Assembly: GCA_029558515.1 (NCBI GenBank)
Contig: JAKQEM010000024.1
Coordinates: forward strand, 57,164-121,163
DNA from: a bacterium
GTDB lineage: Bacteria > Patescibacteriota > Gracilibacteria > Peribacterales > Peribacteraceae
DNA length: 64,000 nucleotides
Direction: 5' to 3'
Shown here: positions 7,911 to 16,679 of the stretch, piece after piece
Position numbering within the stretch: the stretch's first letter is position 1
Layout: each line of letters opens with the position of its first letter
The notes under the pieces: model-generated
Told to the model about the DNA's origin: nothing
What the model saw: the letters and a program-made list of their open reading frames with translations, nothing else
The model's database searches: none
Position numbers and translations under genes: made by a program

Positions 7911-9336
7911 CCTTCGCAAATTTCACCACCTCCTCCGCCGTCATGGTGGGAAAGACGGCGAATGCAGGAATGCGGAGGAACTCGGAGCGCGAGAACGTGC
8001 GCTTGCCGCCGTCGGTGATGCCAAAGAGATAGCCGGCACCGGCGGAAAGCGTGGCGATGCGATCATTGGTACCGCCCGAGGGATACGCGACGGCGAAAAC
8101 CGTCCTGCCGGTGACCTGCTCCAACAGAGCCCGACTCTGCGTGAGTTCCAATTCCGCCTGCGCATTGGTCAGCGCGCGCAGATCATCGCCCGTGTGCGTA
8201 CCCGACTGCAAATCGAAACCATTGGCCAGAAGCGTCTGCACCGTTTTCTCCGTGATGCCCGTCAACCCCAAATATTTGGAACTGATGAAGAGCGTCGCAT
8301 CGATACTGAGCGCATTGAGCGTATCGGAAATGGCAGAAACGTTGACAGGCGTCACACCCGATACCGCCACGACGATGCGGTTCTCCGGCAAACGAACGTC
8401 ACGACCCTGCTGCTCCAGAAGGAGTGCGTGAAACTGCCGCAGAGTGATGAACGTGTACCCCGCCTGCTTGAGAGCACCGACGTGCGCACCCATCGATTGC
8501 AGCGCCTCCTCCGTCGCCCCGTCCAAACGATAGAGGAGCACGGGAAGCGTAAACGTATCCTGTCGAACGAGGAAGTTGGGACGGATGGCTGTCAGATAGG
8601 ACAGCGATACGAAGCCTGATTTGCCTTCGTGCGTCACTGCCGCCCAACCGTTTTCCACAGCCGTCGGGCGCAGGAGCGTCTGCCCGGGAATTTCTCCCAA
8701 TTTCGCACTCTGCTGACTGGGTTCACTGCGAAAGTTCACAAATCTGTAACTCACCACATACAGATTGTCATACGCCTTCTGTTCCTCCTCCAGTCGTTCT
8801 TCACTGACGACCCTGCCGATGTACCGATGCGCCACGAAGCCTTCCGTCCCGTCCGGTAAGCGCACCTTGGCCCACTCGCCGTCGACAAATTCCACCAGAT
8901 CGAGCGGATCCCCCCGATCCAATCGTCTCAAAAATGCACCCCGGGCGGAGGGAGCATTGCGAAAATTGAGGAACGTATTGGTGACCTGGAAACGTTTCTG
9001 ATCCGTCGTGGGAGTGGTGCGCATCGCATCGAAGGCCGCAGCATTCGATATATCCAACACCGCCGTCCGCTGCCCTCCCGTTCCCGTCACGATCATGCCG
9101 GTTCCTCCGGCAATCGATTCCAGATACGGAACGGGAAGCTCTGACCCTGACGCGGCATCCCCCCCTTCCGCCAGATCGCGGTACCGGGCAACATCATCCT
9201 CTGTGAAACTATAGACATCCTCGGGCAGTTCCGGAGGCGCACACCCTGCAAAGAGGATGCCGAATGCCGCAAGCAGTAAAAACGCAATGAGCGGGCGGCG
9301 CGAGGAACAGCGACGGTGGACGACGAAACGTGACAT
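7900..9336 (-). CDS. Lipoprotein with two SH3b-like domains and a polysaccharide-deacetylase (NodB)-like C-terminal domain
   Basis: Lipobox LFAGC. There are two FRNAPS/FRSEPS ... GWAKV/GWAAV SH3b-like units. The C-terminus follows the NodB order (ATLFISSKYLG ... GFDLQSGTHTGDDL ... FAVAYPSGG), but TFDDG is replaced by VAVSGV. Confidence 0.55.
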   Translation of the reverse strand: MSRFVVHRRCSSRRPLIAFLLLAAFGILFAGCAPPELPEDVYSFTEDDVARYRDLAEGGDAASGSELPVPYLESIAGGTGMIVTGTGGQRTAVLDISNAAAFDAMRTTPTTDQKRFQVTNTFLNFRNAPSARGAFLRRLDRGDPLDLVEFVDGEWAKVRLPDGTEGFVAHRYIGRVVSEERLEEEQKAYDNLYVVSYRFVNFRSEPSQQSAKLGEIPGQTLLRPTAVENGWAAVTHEGKSGFVSLSYLTAIRPNFLVRQDTFTLPVLLYRLDGATEEALQSMGAHVGALKQAGYTFITLRQFHALLLEQQGRDVRLPENRIVVAVSGVTPVNVSAISDTLNALSIDATLFISSKYLGLTGITEKTVQTLLANGFDLQSGTHTGDDLRALTNAQAELELTQSRALLEQVTGRTVFAVAYPSGGTNDRIATLSAGAGYLFGITDGGKRTFSRSEFLRIPAFAVFPTMTAEEVVKFAKGEG

Positions 9337-9353
9337 AGGAGAACGGGGAAAAA

Positions 9354-11054
9354 TTACATCCGGTCGGGAACGCGGATGGTGAGAAGGGAAGCCCCCGTCC
9401 GCAGCATATCCGCGACGGAAGCAGTGAGGACCAGACGCAGGTCACGCAGCGGTGCAGTGGCCTGCAGAATGGGGACGCTGTTGTAAAATGAATTGAACGA
9501 TTGGCAGAGTGCGTACAAATAATTGGTCAACTTATGCGGCATACGCGCGTCACGACTCTCCGCGAGGACTATGGGAAACCGCAGTAACATGAGCAAAAGC
9601 TTCCTGTCTTCCGGTTCCAACACATCGACTGCAGGCAACACCGGATCACCCGCGAGAGCGGCTTTCCGCAGCACCGATCGAGCACGCGCATGCGTGTACT
9701 GCAGATACGGCGCGCTGTTGCCCTCGAAGCTGAGCATCCGATCCCAATCAAACACGATGTCCATGGCGCGGTTCTGACTGAGGATACCGTACGCCACCGC
9801 ACCGACACCCATCATCTCTGCCAGATCCTTCGGATCATCAGCCTGGATGGCATCTCCGCGTTCCGTGATGATATCTCCCGCTCGTTTCACGGCTTCATCC
9901 AAGAGTTGCCTCATGCGCAGCGAAGTCCCCTTGCGCGTACTCATGGCCGCTCCGGAAAAACGCATCCGACCGAAGACCGTGTGCTCATGCTCGGGCATCT
10001 CCCATCCCAGCAGCGCCGCCGTCGCAAAGACCTGCTGAAAATGCAGGCGTTGCGCCACATCAACAACGTAATACATGGCCGATGGATGTGCCGTGTCGAT
10101 ACGGTAGCGAATCATCGCCAGATCGCGCGTGGCGTAAAGCGTCGCTCCATCCCCCTTGCGAATCAGAAGCGGCGGCATGCCGGTCTCCTCCGCAAACGGC
10201 ACGATGAGCGAACCACCCTCTCCCTCCTGAAAAACTCCCTTCGCGATACCTTCTTCGATGATCGGCTGCATTCTGTTTTCGTAGAAACTCTCTCCCGTCT
10301 CACGATCGATGTGCACATGGAGACGCACATAAATTTCGTCCAAATCCTTCTTTGTCACCGCGACGGTATCCGCCCAGAATGAACGCAGTGCCGCATCGCC
10401 TTCTTCAATCTTGCGAAACGCGGCACGTGCCGCATCATCCAGCGTTGCATCCTTTTCCGCCTCCTCGTGGAAGCGAACATAGAGAGCCAATAAGTCCTCG
10501 ACGGTAACATCCTTGAGAGATTTCTTCTTATCCCCCCAGCGATCGTATGCGACCCACAGCTTTCCAAACTGCGTCCCCCAATCACCGGGGTAACTCCAAC
10601 CGATGACGTGCGCTCCCGTATGACGATAGAGGTTGATGATCGCCTGTCCGATGATGTGAGAGCCCAAATGATGCGCTCCCAGCGGTTTGGCGATGTTCGG
10701 ACCGCAGAAATCCACGATAACGGGATTCTCGTCGCGCTCGGAAACGGGAGCGATCGCCGCATGGGCTTCCTTCCACGCCTCCAGGAGTCTCGCCACCGTC
10801 AGACGGATATTCACGTACCCCGGTCCCGCCACCTCAGCATGCTCCACAGAAGGTGAAAGACTGATGGCATCCGCAATGGATCGTGCAATCTCCTGCGGTT
10901 TCTTCCCAAGCCCACCGGCGATCTTCAGTGCGACGGATGTGGAGAGATCTCCTTGCGAAGAATCCGGCGGGAACACCCACGCCACATCCGCATCGGGCAG
11001 CCCGTAGAGTGATGCGATGATCTGCCGGGTTTCGGTGGAAAGGTGCGTGAACAT
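9354..11054 (-). CDS. argS: Arginine--tRNA ligase
   Basis: Class I HIGH-like AHHLGSHIIG. The C-terminal anticodon-binding motif SFEGNSAPYLQYTHARARS is typical of ArgS. Confidence 0.9.
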   Translation of the reverse strand: MFTHLSTETRQIIASLYGLPDADVAWVFPPDSSQGDLSTSVALKIAGGLGKKPQEIARSIADAISLSPSVEHAEVAGPGYVNIRLTVARLLEAWKEAHAAIAPVSERDENPVIVDFCGPNIAKPLGAHHLGSHIIGQAIINLYRHTGAHVIGWSYPGDWGTQFGKLWVAYDRWGDKKKSLKDVTVEDLLALYVRFHEEAEKDATLDDAARAAFRKIEEGDAALRSFWADTVAVTKKDLDEIYVRLHVHIDRETGESFYENRMQPIIEEGIAKGVFQEGEGGSLIVPFAEETGMPPLLIRKGDGATLYATRDLAMIRYRIDTAHPSAMYYVVDVAQRLHFQQVFATAALLGWEMPEHEHTVFGRMRFSGAAMSTRKGTSLRMRQLLDEAVKRAGDIITERGDAIQADDPKDLAEMMGVGAVAYGILSQNRAMDIVFDWDRMLSFEGNSAPYLQYTHARARSVLRKAALAGDPVLPAVDVLEPEDRKLLLMLLRFPIVLAESRDARMPHKLTNYLYALCQSFNSFYNSVPILQATAPLRDLRLVLTASVADMLRTGASLLTIRVPDRM

Positions 11055-11204
11055 ACCGGAAGAACAAAAGTTCTATTCAAGAGACACCGGAGGACTATAG
11101 CAGGTCCGATAAGCCCATACATTCGGACACACCATTTGTTCTTGCACCAGGAATGAACTAATGTTTTGAACACAAATCCGGCCCGTATTCGACTATGCGG
11201 CTAA

Positions 11205-11233
11205 TTGCTGCCAAATAGATTTCATGGTATAAT
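11205..11233 (+). promoter_or_regulatory. Sigma70-like promoter that would give a leaderless transcript
   Basis: TTGCTG (11205-11210), a 17-nt spacer, TATAAT (11228-11233), with the GTG start at 11240, 7 nt downstream. Confidence 0.45.
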
Positions 11234-11239
11234 TGTACT

Positions 11240-12082
11240 GTGAATCGGAAACTACGCTCAGCGGTCCTCACAGCGTTCGTCGGCCTCCTGCTCGCAAGTT
11301 GCGCGCACGATGACGAGGAAACGGCGGAGGCGCCCACGGTGGCCGGCGCCGCATCCGGCGTGGAATGGTCCTGGCAGATTGCGCACGACCCGATCAACGT
11401 GCGCCGGCTGCGACCGTCTGCGCTGCTGGGCACGTACACAGCGCAGTACATCATCCAGCTGTCCACGTTCGGCAGCGCACTGGATGGCATTCAGGCGTAC
11501 GTGGATCTGCGGGGAGACACGGAAGCGAATCGTGACGAGGATTTTGCACTGCTCGAAACGCTGGGAGCAGCTCTGCAAACCGACATTCCGGATATGCTCA
11601 ACCGCAGTCCCGTGCGTGCCACGGCCTTCGATGCGTACGTCGGCAGTTTGGCGGATGTCATGCGTCGTGCAAACGCGCGACTCGAACGGCTGGAACAGGA
11701 GCTGGAGACGATCAACGACGATCGCAGGACGAGACGGCAGGAAGCCGGCGTGATCCAGCGCGAACTCAATGCGGCGCTGCGTGAGGACAAGTACGCGCTG
11801 GCCAGTGAAATCCAGCAACGGCTGCTGGCGGCTGAAATCGCCCTCTCGGAAATCGAAGCCAAGGAGGACACGCAACGCAGCCTCATACGGCTCTACGAAA
11901 AACTGCTGACCCTGGGAGAACGCCGCCTCGTTTCCATGCACGAGAACCGCGAAATACTCATTGCGGGACTGAAAGTCATCGAATTGCCCGGCATCGACGC
12001 CCTGGGCATCCTGGAGCAGGGTGACACCCGGGCGCTGCGCAGGGACGGCGGTCCGTATGAATTCCTGTTTGACGGGCTGTAA
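11240..12082 (+). CDS. Hypothetical coiled-coil lipoprotein, probably co-transcribed with the VirB4-like ATPase
   Basis: GTG start, lipobox LLLASC, and a long heptad-like helical C-terminus. Its stop is 5 nt before the next ATG. Confidence 0.55.
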   Translation: MNRKLRSAVLTAFVGLLLASCAHDDEETAEAPTVAGAASGVEWSWQIAHDPINVRRLRPSALLGTYTAQYIIQLSTFGSALDGIQAYVDLRGDTEANRDEDFALLETLGAALQTDIPDMLNRSPVRATAFDAYVGSLADVMRRANARLERLEQELETINDDRRTRRQEAGVIQRELNAALREDKYALASEIQQRLLAAEIALSEIEAKEDTQRSLIRLYEKLLTLGERRLVSMHENREILIAGLKVIELPGIDALGILEQGDTRALRRDGGPYEFLFDGL

Positions 12083-12087
12083 CCAAA

Positions 12088-14031
12088 TTGAAGAATGCAG
12101 TGTTTTCTGCTATGATAAGAGGAAAGTCACTTATGCCAAACACACAGAACTCCCCGCCGGCCTCTCCCCGTCCCCGTGCCGCGAACCCCGCCATCGAGGC
12201 CATCGATGAATTACTGGGGCTCCATGGCAAACCGGGGAAAGAGAACGAGCACGACAATCAGCCGGAAGACAAAACATTGACGCCGGAAGAGCGCGAACAA
12301 ATCAGGCACTACGAGCAAGGACTCCAGAAGATGCTCGATCTCATCGCCCCTGCGGGCATGCAGGTCCGTTCAAAAGAAATCGCGATGAATGACCAGCTCG
12401 TCCGGACGCTCTACTCGTTCAACTGGCCGAATTTCATCTACCCCAACTGGATGAGCACGACCATCAACCAGGACGTCACGATGGACATCGCGCACTACAT
12501 CTACCCGTCATCGAACAAAGCGATCATGAAAATGCTGCGCAAGAAGGTGGCGGAACTGCGCAGTTCCATTCGCATGCTGGAGCAACGAGGCATCGTCCGC
12601 GACCCCACGTTGGAAGCCGCGCTCCAGGACGCCGAGGAATTGCGTGATCTGCTCGCGCGCGGACAGGAGAAACTCTTCCAGTTCGGCATGTACGTCACGC
12701 TGTACGCCGATGACGAGGAGCGCCTGAAGAAGATCCAGACGGACGTGGAATCCGTACTGGGAGGGAAATTGATCCTCACCAAACCGGCGTACTTCCAAAT
12801 GGAGCACGGATGGACTTCCACGCTCCCCATCTGCCAGGACGAACTGGAGATCAACCGCAACATGAACACATCGCCGCTGGCCGCCAGCTTCCCCTTCTCC
12901 AGCAGCGATCTCACCGACGACCACGGCATTCTCTACGGCATCAACCGACACAACGACTCCCTCGTGATTTTCGATCGATTCGACATGCCCAACGCCAACA
13001 GCAACATCTTCGCGACCTCCGGCGCGGGTAAGTCCTTCACGGCCAAGCTGGAACTGCTGCGGTATCTGATGCAGGGGACCGAAGTACTCGTCATCGATCC
13101 GGAGAACGAATACACCAATTTGTGCGAAGCCGTCAGCGGCTCATTCATTCCCCTCTCCATCCAGAGCCCCTTCCGCATCAACCCCTTCGATCTGCCCACC
13201 GCCATCCGCGGCGATGATGCGGAGACGGGCGAAGTGCTGCGTGCATCCGTCGTGAACCTCCACGGTCTCCTGCGTCTGATGCTCGGGCCCATCACGCCAT
13301 CGGAAGACGGTATTCTGGACAAAGCAATCCTCGATACCTACGCGCTCAACGGCATCTCACTGACGACGGAGAATCCCGGCGCCATCGAACCGCCCACGCT
13401 GGGGCAATTGGTCGATGTGCTGATGACGAGTGAAGGCGGCGAGAACATGGCTCGCATCCTGCAGAAGTACACGACGGGCAGCTTCGCGGGACTCTTTGAT
13501 CAAAAGACGAACGTGGAACTCGACCGGCAGATGATCGTCTTCCAGATTCGCGATTTGGAGGAGCAACTGCGCCCCATCGCCATTTACATCGTCCTGAATT
13601 TCCTCTGGAACCGCATCCGCTCCCAGATGCGCAAGCGCATCCTGGTGATCGACGAAGCCTGGAACCTGATGCAGCACGAGGACTCCGCGCGCTTCCTCTT
13701 CGGCATCGTGAAACGCGCACGCAAGTACTACCTGGGTGTCACCACCATCACGCAGGACGTGGACGACTTCGTGGAATCACCCTTCGGCAAAGCCATCATC
13801 ACAAACTCTTCGCTGCAAATCCTGCTCAAACAATCCCCCACCACTGTCGATAACCTGCAGAAACTCTTCTACCTGACGGACGGCGAGAAGAACGTCCTGC
13901 TCAATTCCGACGTGGGCCAGGGCATCATCTTCGCGGGATACAAGCACGTCGCGGTGCAGATCATCGCCGGGCCGGAGGAAGCCACGTTCATTACGACCAA
14001 GCCGTCGGAAATCATGAAGAAGAAAGAGTAA
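12088..14031 (+). CDS. VirB4/TraC (Tn916 Orf16/PrgJ)-like secretion ATPase lacking the N-terminal domain
   Basis: Middle domain is LIAPAGMQV ... YSFNWP ... DIAHYIYP. Walker A is TSGAGKSFT and Walker B is ILVIDEAW. YYLGVTTITQD is also present. Confidence 0.8.
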   Translation: MKNAVFSAMIRGKSLMPNTQNSPPASPRPRAANPAIEAIDELLGLHGKPGKENEHDNQPEDKTLTPEEREQIRHYEQGLQKMLDLIAPAGMQVRSKEIAMNDQLVRTLYSFNWPNFIYPNWMSTTINQDVTMDIAHYIYPSSNKAIMKMLRKKVAELRSSIRMLEQRGIVRDPTLEAALQDAEELRDLLARGQEKLFQFGMYVTLYADDEERLKKIQTDVESVLGGKLILTKPAYFQMEHGWTSTLPICQDELEINRNMNTSPLAASFPFSSSDLTDDHGILYGINRHNDSLVIFDRFDMPNANSNIFATSGAGKSFTAKLELLRYLMQGTEVLVIDPENEYTNLCEAVSGSFIPLSIQSPFRINPFDLPTAIRGDDAETGEVLRASVVNLHGLLRLMLGPITPSEDGILDKAILDTYALNGISLTTENPGAIEPPTLGQLVDVLMTSEGGENMARILQKYTTGSFAGLFDQKTNVELDRQMIVFQIRDLEEQLRPIAIYIVLNFLWNRIRSQMRKRILVIDEAWNLMQHEDSARFLFGIVKRARKYYLGVTTITQDVDDFVESPFGKAIITNSSLQILLKQSPTTVDNLQKLFYLTDGEKNVLLNSDVGQGIIFAGYKHVAVQIIAGPEEATFITTKPSEIMKKKE

Positions 14032-14165
14032 CCAGACGGGGAAAACGGAGTAACAGGACGGGAATAAGAGTAACAGAGTAACAGAGTAACAGAGTAACAG
14101 GTCTGTATTGAACGGGGCTTCCAACCCTGTTACTCAGTTATTCGGTTATTCCGATACTCCCTCCT
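14026..14165. repeat. Inverted octamer arrays between the convergent VirB4-like and DHH genes
   Basis: GAGTAACA occurs as 4 tandem copies (14068-14099). GAGTAACAGG (14092-14101) pairs perfectly with CCTGTTACTC (14126-14135). The right arm is TGTTACTC AGTTATTC GGTTATTC CGATACTC. Both stop codons (14029-14031, 14146-14148) lie inside the arms. Confidence 0.9.
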
Positions 14166-15135
14166 CCTCCTTCCGCTCCACCACTTTCCACCTGAGTTCC
14201 GGTCGAAGCTTCCCCGCCACGGCGAACCCCGCCGCTTTTTTGTGTCCGCCGCCCTGCAGTTTGCTCGCCATCTCGGAGACATCCACGTCGTCACGCAGCG
14301 TCCGAATGCTGCCCTTCACCAGCCCACCGCGCTCGGAGAGCACCATGGAGAAGCGCATTCCCGGCACCGCGTTCACGTAATCGATGGCACCGGCCAGCTC
14401 CGAGTAATCGGCACCCGTCGCGCGAAAGTCCCCCTCCGTCACGGCCGACACCGCTCCGCCCTCCTCGCTGACGGAAATTTTTTCCAGCACGCGCCCCCAC
14501 AGCTTAAGCGTGCTCAGTTGCGCCGTGCGGAACACTGCGGAAATGATAAGCTGATGACGTGCTCCCGCCCGCAAGAGCCGCGCCACCGTTCGATACACCT
14601 CTGCGCTCGTGTTGCTATGCAGCAGCCCTCCCGTGTCGGTGTACACGCCCGTGAGCAGCGCCGTGGCAATGTCCCCCTGCATCCCCCATTCCAGCAGATC
14701 GGCAATCTGCACAACCACCTCACACGACGAAGCCGCCTCCGGCGTCACGATGTTCACCGAACCAAAGCGCGTATTGCTGGGATGATGGTCAATGTTGATG
14801 AGCGGAAGAGAGCCGTCGAACAGTCGCGGATGACTCTCCTGCAGATTGGTAAGCTTTGGCTCCGCGGTATCGATGACCACGGCGACGTCTCCGTCACTGA
14901 GCACCGGCGGTTCAATGATACGATGGACGGGAGACAGGTACAGAAACGTCTCCGGGACGGGATCGATGCAGGAAAGAACGACGGGCTTCTTGAGATGCTG
15001 CTCGATGAGGAGTCCCATGCCGATGAGCGAACCGATGGCATCGCCATCCGGACCGCGATGGCAGATGCACACGACACGCTGCGCTTTCTCCAATGTGCGC
15101 AGGATGGCCTGTGCTTGATCGCGCGTCACGGGCAT
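14146..15135 (-). CDS. DHH/DHHA1-family phosphoesterase (NrnA-like)
   Basis: HRGPDGDAIGS, NIDHHPSN and GGGHKKAAGF motifs. Confidence 0.85.
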   Translation of the reverse strand: MPVTRDQAQAILRTLEKAQRVVCICHRGPDGDAIGSLIGMGLLIEQHLKKPVVLSCIDPVPETFLYLSPVHRIIEPPVLSDGDVAVVIDTAEPKLTNLQESHPRLFDGSLPLINIDHHPSNTRFGSVNIVTPEAASSCEVVVQIADLLEWGMQGDIATALLTGVYTDTGGLLHSNTSAEVYRTVARLLRAGARHQLIISAVFRTAQLSTLKLWGRVLEKISVSEEGGAVSAVTEGDFRATGADYSELAGAIDYVNAVPGMRFSMVLSERGGLVKGSIRTLRDDVDVSEMASKLQGGGHKKAAGFAVAGKLRPELRWKVVERKEEEGVSE

Positions 15136-15285
15136 AAAAAGGGAGTAATCCTAGAATGTCGACGCAGGGGACTCAATGAACTGACATTGATAGTTTTGCA
15201 CAGTGGGTGTGTGACGATGGAATGTGAAGGGGGCTACGCGCAAGCTGTATTCCTGCAGAGTGAACTGTAGAATACGAAACGTCAC

Positions 15286-16155
15286 ATGTCTGCTTCCGTC
15301 ATCTTCTGCGGCACGCCCGCCTTCGCTGTTCCGTCACTGGAAGCGCTCGCCGCCGATCCGGCATTTGACGTGTCGCTCGTCATCACCCAGCCCGATCGCC
15401 CGGTGGGTCGCAGCAAAGAACTCATTGCCTCTCCCGTGAAACAAGCAGCGCAACGATTGCATCTTCCCGTCGCACAACCGGAGAATATCAATCACATGCT
15501 CGCAGATACCCAATACCCAATCCCCAATCCCCAATTTCTCATCGTCGTCGCCTACGGCCAAATCCTCTCGCAACACATCCTCGACCTTCCGCAGATCGCC
15601 CCCGTGAATGTCCACGGTTCGCTGCTCCCGCGCTGGCGCGGCGCTTCTCCCGTCGAACATGCGATCCTCGCGGGGGACACCGAAACCGGCGTGACCATTC
15701 AGATCATGGAGACGACGCTGGACACCGGCCCCATCCTCGCGATGCGCAAGACACCGATTGGTCCGCGCGACACGACGCTCCAACTCAAGGAACGTCTGTG
15801 TGTGATCGGTGCAGATCTCTTGGTGCAGACACTGAAAGCACCTCTCCGGCCCATCCCACAACCGACTGAAGGTATCACCGTCTGTCGCAAGCTCTCGCGG
15901 GAAGATGGCAGAGCCGAGCCGCAAACTATGACTGCGCAGCAAATCGATCGCATGGTCCGCGCACTGGTCCCCTGGCCGGGCGTCACCTGCTTCATCAATG
16001 GTCAAGCACTCAAACTCATCGCAACGGCACTCGAACCGACGGACACGTCGATTCCCCTCCCCTGCGCGCAGGGGACGACACTGCATCTCGTCACCGTGCA
16101 GGAAGCGGGGAAGAGGGCAATGACGGGGCAGGAGTGGGAGAGAGGGCAGCGTTAA
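15286..16155 (+). CDS. fmt: Methionyl-tRNA formyltransferase
   Basis: VIFCGTPAFAVPSL, ITQPDRPVGR and NVHGSLLPRWRGASPVEHAI are classic Fmt motifs. Confidence 0.9.
   Translation: MSASVIFCGTPAFAVPSLEALAADPAFDVSLVITQPDRPVGRSKELIASPVKQAAQRLHLPVAQPENINHMLADTQYPIPNPQFLIVVAYGQILSQHILDLPQIAPVNVHGSLLPRWRGASPVEHAILAGDTETGVTIQIMETTLDTGPILAMRKTPIGPRDTTLQLKERLCVIGADLLVQTLKAPLRPIPQPTEGITVCRKLSREDGRAEPQTMTAQQIDRMVRALVPWPGVTCFINGQALKLIATALEPTDTSIPLPCAQGTTLHLVTVQEAGKRAMTGQEWERGQR
15508..15535. repeat. In-frame ACCCAAT/CCCCAAT heptamer array in fmt
   Basis: ACCCAAT ACCCAAT CCCCAAT CCCCAAT, translated TQYPIPNPQ. Confidence 0.9.
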
Positions 16156-16182
16156 CCGGCGATTTCAATTGCCGGAAATGAA

Positions 16183-16204
16183 AAACGACCGTCTCCGGCC
16201 GTTT
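16183..16204 (+). terminator. Possible intrinsic terminator after fmt
   Basis: AAACGACCG-TCTC-CGGCCGTTT: an interrupted stem (5+3 bp) followed by a short T-run. Confidence 0.35.
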
Positions 16205-16238
16205 CCCAATACTCATAACTCTCAACTCTCAACTCTTC
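16204..16238. repeat. ACTCTCA heptamer array at a convergent gene end
   Basis: ACTCATA ACTCTCA ACTCTCA ACTCTTC. The stop of the 16237..16542 gene lies in the last word. The word family is the same as at 50332-50373. Confidence 0.85.
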
Positions 16239-16542
16239 AAATATGCCCCTTCATCTCCTGCAGCGCAGCGATCATCTGATCGAGGTCCTCGACGTCGAAC
16301 ATGATGGTCGTCTTCTGGCCACCGCGGGACTTCTCGGAGATCTTCAGGAACTTGCCGTTCCCGGACTCCTTCAAGTCAACGTAGAACGTGCGCTGTCGAC
16401 CGTGGATCGTCACGGAATGGACATCTTGGGCAAAACCGCCGCGACCGCCGCCCTGACCGCCTTGAAACCCGTGCGCAGGTCGTGGTTGGGAAGAGGGAGC
16501 GGGCGAGGGAGAGCCCGTCAATTCGGACATGGGATCAAACAT
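16237..16542 (-). CDS. PUR-like nucleic-acid-binding protein (DUF3276-like)
   Basis: Gly-rich N-terminus followed by RQRTFYVDLKESGNGKFLKISEKSRGG, which matches the PUR-repeat pattern. Confidence 0.6.
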   Translation of the reverse strand: MFDPMSELTGSPSPAPSSQPRPAHGFQGGQGGGRGGFAQDVHSVTIHGRQRTFYVDLKESGNGKFLKISEKSRGGQKTTIMFDVEDLDQMIAALQEMKGHI

Positions 16543-16679
16543 ACGAATATGTGGAAAAGAATAGGATGCTCCTCTTCTGGCTTCGTGCAGTCCCGCGACC
16601 GAAACATACGAGGTCGGAACACGCTCCGTCGTTCAAAGTGAGAGCGGGGAGAGCGTAGCAAACAACATGCAAAATGCAA

